Notes under the pieces: generated by a model
What the model saw: the letters and a program-made list of their open reading frames with translations, nothing else
Database searches by the model: none
Told to the model about the DNA's origin: nothing
In this document: piece after piece, positions 62,886-64,000 of the stretch
How positions within the stretch are numbered: the first letter of the stretch is position 1
Layout: every line of letters starts with the position of its first letter
DNA from: the human T2T-CHM13v2.0 reference genome, Homo sapiens
Length of the DNA stretch: 64,000 nucleotides
Assembly (NCBI GenBank): GCA_009914755.4
Contig: CP086569.2
Span: 30,976,001-31,040,000 of the forward strand
Direction of reading: 5' to 3'
Made by a program: the position numbers and the translations under genes

Positions 62886-64000
62886 AGATCCATATTTTTT
62901 AAATGAAAAAAAATTTCAAAGGTACTCTGCTTGGTACAATAATCAAATGTATAAACTGAGGAGTAAAACATAACCATGAAACCTACTTATAAGTGCATAT
63001 GGAAAATACAGAGGATAATTTTTTAAATCACATATTTTGAAAGCCTTAACTAGTAATTTGAAGAGTTGGCATTTGAAAGGCCAGTATGAATATACCTTCA
63101 AAGCAGCAACACAGGTTCCCCATGAGAAAAAGCAAACTCAGGGAAAATAAAAACACAAAGGTTCAATCTCTTCTGACCTTTGAAAGACACAGCACAGACA
63201 GTGGTCCTTAGGACGAAGAGCAGGAGACCCCTAATTCCGTCACCATGGCGATAGGGCATAAACACTGCTGGGTGAGGGCACAATCCACATTGTGAGGTCC
63301 AACTGCTGCCAGGAAGACAGGAGTGCTTTTACATAGACCGAAAGGTCATTGAAGGCTCAGAGTTTTGTTTCAAGAACTGAATCCCAAGCCCACACGTTAT
63401 TAGGCTGCGCTTCTTAAAACAAGTTATGAGATGGGAAAAAGGGCACCCACAAACATACGTATACATTATGTATATAATAATATACAGTATCATAAATATA
63501 ATATATATAACCTATGTATAATATTGTTTTACATCCTGCATCTTATATTATATATATTGTATAAAATATAATAATTGATAATATATAAGTTTTATATTTA
63601 TGCAATATGACATATAGTATATATTATAATTTATGACATATATAATATATGTTATATATCATATATAGAATATATTATACGGTTAATATACGTATTAAAT
63701 ATAAATTATACATTATATATATTATATATAATATATCTGCTATATATAATACCCATTATGCATAATATATATATTATGTCTATGTTATGTATAGTATAAA
63801 ACAACATATAATAATATATAATTGTATATATAAAATGCGACATATAATATATATTATATTTTATGACATCTGTAATATATATTATATATTATATATAATA
63901 CGTTGTATGTATAATACCTATATTAAATATATATTATATGACTATGTTATTAATTACATGTCACATATGTTATATATTATATAGTTTACATAGAATATAC

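Overview
This window is not prokaryotic and contains no gene system. It is primate (human-like) genomic DNA lying entirely inside one large tandem macrosatellite array.

The repeat unit is about 2.42 kb and is present about 26.5 times in head-to-tail orientation. Successive copies start at 2147, 4566, 6986, 9404 and so on to 62594. Spacings are 2412-2421 bp, except one 2394-bp unit carrying a 26-bp internal deletion. The array runs off both ends of the window, so it is at least 64 kb long.

Each unit has three parts:
- an old Alu of the AluS type, truncated and with decayed CpGs, about 292 bp, in antisense orientation (poly-T at the left on the + strand);
- an ordinary-composition segment of about 570 bp;
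- a low-complexity block of about 1.55 kb that is overwhelmingly A+T, made of degenerate TA/TATA-like sequence.

Copies are about 97-99% identical by eye, but the variation is structured into three domains:
- a left domain (about 1-16.6 kb) with a partial two-unit (4.84 kb) alternation of variant types;
- a more divergent central domain (about 16.7-43 kb) with many private substitutions and indels;
- a right domain (about 43-64 kb) organised as an exact three-unit higher-order repeat of 7257 bp.

All ORFs in the supplied track are short ORFs (61-77 aa) repeated once per unit. I judge them non-coding. The + strand ones are Tyr/Ile-rich artefacts of TA-rich DNA. The - strand 61-aa ORF starts at TTG, accumulates mostly non-synonymous changes, and loses its stop in one copy.

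I cannot assign the array to a named locus from memory. A database search against human and primate telomere-to-telomere assemblies would settle its identity. I see no evidence for a defence system or other prokaryotic system.
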